DNA of 54,113 nucleotides, filler included, from Circinaria calcarea (Eukaryota): NCBI GenBank assembly GCA_051942165.1. It is 3 parts of 3 records of this genome, joined end to end, with 100 filler letters (N's around TTAATTAATTAA, not from the genome) between each part and the next. Parts side by side here need not be neighbours in the genome. Positions count along the whole stretch, not along the records: positions 36,151 to 54,113 come from JAVECS010000248.1; 2 more parts are not named here. One strand, 5' to 3'. Shown piece by piece: positions 49,306 to 54,113 of this stretch (position 1 is its first letter; each line of letters starts with the position of its first letter). The notes under the pieces were generated by a model. It saw only the letters and a program-made list of their open reading frames with translations, ran no database searches and was not told where the DNA came from. The position numbers and the translations under genes were made by a program.

Positions 49306-51606
49306 CTACAGGAAGACTTCTATGTTCATCTCCAAGGTACTCACAGGGTATCTGGGATAACGTCAGCGTCTTTGTACTGTACTCGGGGTTTAGAAAAAAA
49401 GAGAAGGGACTGAACGAACCTCAGCTCGTACTTTTCTAATACCGTTGGATGCAAGATTCCAAAAACACCAATGATATGCTCCTTCCCATCAATTTTTAAA
49501 TGGATTGAAGCAGCGTGACCTGGAAAGAAGGTAGGATCTGCCCATGTTAGTGACTTGATTGTACTTGGGGGTTTTCAAAGTACTCACCATCAACCTTCTC
49601 GATCCAATACGAGGAATCGCCCTTGACTTTACCTTCCAATCCTTCTTCACTAGTCATGAAGGCGGACTTGAGCATCAACATGATCCGATCCATAAGACCA
49701 TGCACCACCTCGAATCCACTCGTCTTTCCGTACCATGCAGCAGCAAAATGCCGCTCATTTCTACTCTTCCTCTCCAACGATAAGTCTTTGAGGGCGACAT
49801 CGCTTACCTCAAATATCTTGATGGGAACACTATGATGCTTGTTTTCCCGGACTGTCTTGAGCAAACCCGGCAACAAGGACGTCCGCACTACCTGATACTC
49901 GGCCGTCTTTGGATTAGCCAGCCTTACGGCGATGTTGCCATCATCCTTGCGATTGAGCCAGCCAAAGTTCTCATCATGTGAGCAAAGAATTAGAGGCAAC
50001 ACCTCTGACCATCCTGCCATTGCAGCCTCGAGACGCACAATATCACTTAGCTTGTTGATCATTAGAGGCTGAGCTATTGTCCCGGATTTGCTGGGGAAGG
50101 ATCGAGGTAGCTTATTGAATCCATAGGCAATTGCCACGTCTTCCATGATATCGCATTGATGAAGTATATCAGCACGAGTAGGAGGGACGTGGACATCTAT
50201 GAGATCCTCTGATGACTTGGACGGGCTGGCAGAGAATGTCATGCGCTTAAGAAGTCTACATATGTCTTCCGCCGACAGAGACAGGCCGCAGCAGTCATTT
50301 ATGTAGGACACTTCAGCCTGAGTTTCCCGAGGAGTAAGGTCTGGAACTTGGCGGGATTCGCGGTTGTGTTTGGAGATGATCTTGATAGGCTCAACGCTGA
50401 TACATATTAGACGGTGTGTCTAAGAAAAAAGCTGGTATACATACGTGAACGGTTCATCTGTGTATTGGGAGAACATTGCAACAAGGATATTGTTGACTAT
50501 CTCGACTTTCGTTCGATCCGTCGCCGTGATCTCGATGAATACATTGCGAGTTTTCGTGGTTATTTTCGAATGATTGCTATTGATAATTGGTGGTAAAGAA
50601 CATACTGTTCGCTTTGCATCGTAAATGACTGGATAAACTGGGGAGTCCTTGATGATATGTAAATATCGTCCGAGATGTTTATCACTCTGCATCAAATATC
50701 AGTATCTCCGAGGAGCGAAAATATAACGGTCTTTTTACCTCGTAGAACTTCATCAATTCCACCCCGTTCATCTTTTTGGTCTGATTCAGAGGGACAAATT
50801 CAATCTGCTCCGGTGAAAGTGCTTCATAGGTGAATGGCCCCTGGACAGTGTCTAGATCATGTGTCCCTATTGAACATAGAGTCCGTTGCCTAGCAAGGTT
50901 TTGGTGAAGCTTGTCCTGCAATGCAATGAAGGACTGGTATCTCTCCTGGGTAAACTTGATATTTCGTAGAATTGCCCCAGAGACATAAGGCCGGACCTGA
51001 GATGTCTAACATATATGTTAGCCTGCTACTATGTTGTCTACATGCCTCCGCGGTCTTCACCTACCTCCTCATGCACAGTGATAGTCTGAAGCTCGCCATC
51101 GGGAGGCGGTACCAGCCGATAATTTGGTGAGGACCTCTTGCCTCTGAAGATGTTGAGCATCAAAGAAATGCCTTCGAAACATAGCATATCATATCTGCCG
51201 AAGAAAATCAGACTTCAGAGTTCTCAACTCGTCGGCTAAATGGGAGGTTCAACCTGTTGGCGGGTATCTCAATCTTGAGCTGTGCGGGTTCTTGCTTGCC
51301 ATTGATGATTGGACGTTCTGTCGTTGACGTCTATTAAGGTTCAGACATATCCGGAAAGCAGTGGGAAGTATGTACGTACGTCCTCATCTAGTTCGATCCC
51401 TTTGGATGTGATGAGCTATGGTAATAACACTGGTACAATTTGGAGCTTACCGAACTCGAAGCATAGCTCGTCGAATCCCTCAGTCGTATATCTATATTAG
51501 CGAATTGTCAGTATCGTTTGTGTAGAGCTTAGAGCAGGGCCAAATTTACCTACTCTTGGCCTAGGGCTTCGAAAAGTGCCGCCTTATCGACAGCGATTGT
51601 GGGCAT
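49306..51606 (-). CDS. FRS1: Phenylalanyl-tRNA synthetase beta subunit (cytosolic)
   Basis: [119 protein letters not shown]. Many short introns. Confidence 0.96.
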
Positions 51607-52270
51607 GTTGATGTTCCCGCTCGAAGTTTATGGGTCTTCTGCAAAGTCCCGGCTTCTCTGGATTGAAGCAAATGGGATTAATTGGGTCATGAAGATATCT
51701 CTAACGTCTACATTACTCCGTATACCGATGAGGAGTCATCAATTAATCGGAAAATCGCCAAGCCGGGCTCGAGCTCCCCATGCTGGTCGCTTAAGAGTCC
51801 TAATGCCGTTAGCAGTCTTTCTCTACATAGCATCGCAGTTCTGCTTCCCATGCAGCTCCCAGGGATATGTAACTGCCTTTTGACCAGAACAGCTTCGATA
51901 AAGTACCTCGGGCCGTTACGAATTACGAACACTCATTATCCTTTGACCGCGAAATGGTAAGCTGCGCTCATACCGAGTAGAAAGATTGCATGTTGGTTTC
52001 CAGCAATTGCGCCTAGCTCTGCTGCTGCAGCTGAAAACCACCAGGACGGGTACAAACTCATTTCCAACATTGAATGCTAACAAGCTGGACAGCCACAGTC
52101 AAGGACCGCTTGTGAATGAGAACCTGACATCCCCTTACGCGCTTTTAGTCGTGCCACGCATAATTGCAATCCCGCAATAGGCCCGTACCACATCATCAAG
52201 GACTTGTCCAGCAATAAGGGACACGTCTTACTACCCTACGAAGGCGACCTCTAGAAAGATATCCAGGATT

Positions 52271-54113
52271 ATGGAGGGTCAAAACCAAAATGATGAGCTA
52301 TACCCCATCGCGGTGTTGATTGATGAACTGAAGGTAGGAGGTGAAGGTACATGTTGGATTATGCGGCGCTGAGGGTGTTCTTAGCACGATGATGTTCTTC
52401 TACGTCTGAATGCCATACATCGTTTGTCCACGATCGCCCTTGCCTTAGGCGCTGAAAGAACTAGAGACGAGTTAATTCCCTTCTTGGACGGTCAGTTTGA
52501 ATAGAGAGGAATAGCCTGTTACCGTTTATTTGGGTGCTGACTTGGAGATAGAATCCGTGGAAGATGAGGATGAAGTGTTGACTGCCCTCAGCGATGAGCT
52601 AGGTGGTTTTGTTGAATACGTGGGGGGCGCAGAATATGGGCACGTGCTACTTTCACCGCTGGAAAATCTGGCTGCAATAGAAGAGCCGCTAGTCCGGGAG
52701 AAAGCTGTCGAGTCCCTCAACAAAATTTGCGAGCAATTATCACAATCCCAGGTCGAGGACTATTTCATACCTTTGACAGCGCGCCTTTCCAAGGCTGACT
52801 GGTTCACCTCGAAAATCTCCGCTACAGGCCTATTCAATGTTCCATATAGCAAAGCTACTCCTCCTACCCAAGAAAGTCTCCGGCAACAATTTGGAAGCCT
52901 AGTTCATGATGAGACGCCTATGGTCAGGAGACAAGCGGCTAATAACCTTGCGAAGTTCGTCAAGGAAATGCCGGCTACGATTGTTATCGAAGAGATGATC
53001 CCGTTATTTCAACATTTAGCTAGCGATGATCAAGACAGTGTTCGGCTGTTGACAGTAGAGGTTCTGATTGCCATTGCAGAGGTGGTACCGAAAGAGCAAC
53101 AACCCAGTCATGGAGTTTTACTCAGTGCGCTGCGGAGCCTTTTTGAAGATAAAAGCTGGAGGGTCAGGTACATGGTTGCGGACCGGTTTGAAAAGGTGCG
53201 AATAGCAACTTTGTATTGGGATTTTAGCTAATCCATTCTGCTGCACAGATCGCGAAGGCCGTTGATGAGGAAACGGTGACACGGGATTTAGTGCCAGCAT
53301 TTGTCAAGCTTCTCAAGGATAGCGAGGCAGAGGTTCGAACAGCCATAGCTGGACAGATCCCAGGTAGGAAGACGTCTAACTACGCCTATCGACTTACTAA
53401 TCATTCAAGGCTTCTGCAATCTGCTCGACCGAGAAACCCTCCTAAACGAGATTATGACAAGCGTGGAAGACCTAGTATCAGACACCTCTCAGCATGTTCG
53501 CGCAGCTCTCGGTACTCAAATCAGTGGTCTTGCTCCTCTACTCGGCAAAGAAGAGTAGGTGCAAAGCACCTTTACTAAGTTGAAGCTTAATTAACATGAC
53601 GGCAGGACAATCTCACATCTTCTGCCCATGTTCTTGCAGATGCTCAAGGATGAGTACCCTGACGTTCGTCTACATATAATTTCTAAACTTGAGCTGGTCA
53701 ACAAAGGTACTTTGCTATCCAAGTGTGGATAATGAGGATGACTGACTATCATAGTAATCGGTATCGAGCTCCTTTCCCAGTCACTTCTTCCCGCAATCGT
53801 TCAACTGGCCGAAGACAAACAATGGCGGGTTAGGTTAGCCATTATCGAATATATCCCACTCCTAGCTAGTCAACTTGGTGTCAAGTTCTTCGACGAAAAG
53901 TTGAGTACTCTATGCATGAGCTGGCTTGGTGATACCGTATTCTCGATAAGAGAAGCCGCCACACAAAACCTCAAGAAGCTCACCGAGGTATTCGGAGTGG
54001 AATGGGCAAGCGAGGCAATCATTCCCAAGGTTATGGCGATGGGCCAACATCCAAACTACCTATATAGAATGACCACATGCTTCGCAATATCTGTTAGTAA
54101 CCTACGTTTAATG
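52271..54113 (+). CDS. TPD3: PP2A scaffold subunit A (HEAT repeats), runs off the window end
   Basis: [102 protein letters not shown]. Confidence 0.96.

Overview
Intron-containing genomic DNA from a filamentous ascomycete (Pezizomycotina; GT-AG introns with CTRAC/CTAAY branch sites). It consists of three contigs joined by artificial 100-bp spacers (44 N + TTAATTAATTAA + 44 N) at 17983-18082 and 36051-36150. Contig 1 carries the 3' end of an SP-RING/MIZ gene, a decayed accessory patch (a small 3-exon orphan and a DUF6594-like pseudogene with C-to-T nonsense codons), then LAA2/DUF5102-like, NSP1, mitochondrial ATPase inhibitor, 14-3-3 and AT-hook genes. Contig 2 is an accessory, immunity-like island: HET pseudogene, PTH11-like membrane protein, truncated MFS relic, a three-gene module and a P450. 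The module is the main candidate for an undescribed system: (i) an NLR-like protein with an apparently inactive SesB-like alpha/beta-hydrolase, a NACHT-like region lacking Walker A, ankyrin repeats and a ZZ finger; (ii) a 299-aa beta-rich protein with an amphipathic hairpin suggestive of a non-gasdermin beta pore-forming protein; (iii) a head-to-head ankyrin + S8 subtilisin-like protease with an intact triad. This layout parallels fungal gasdermin-protease (HET-Q1/HET-Q2) cell-death loci. Contig 3 carries a methyltransferase, carboxylesterase and ferric reductase, then housekeeping genes YMR1, RPS3, FRS1 and a partial PP2A A subunit. All family calls come from motif recognition by eye; no database searches were run.
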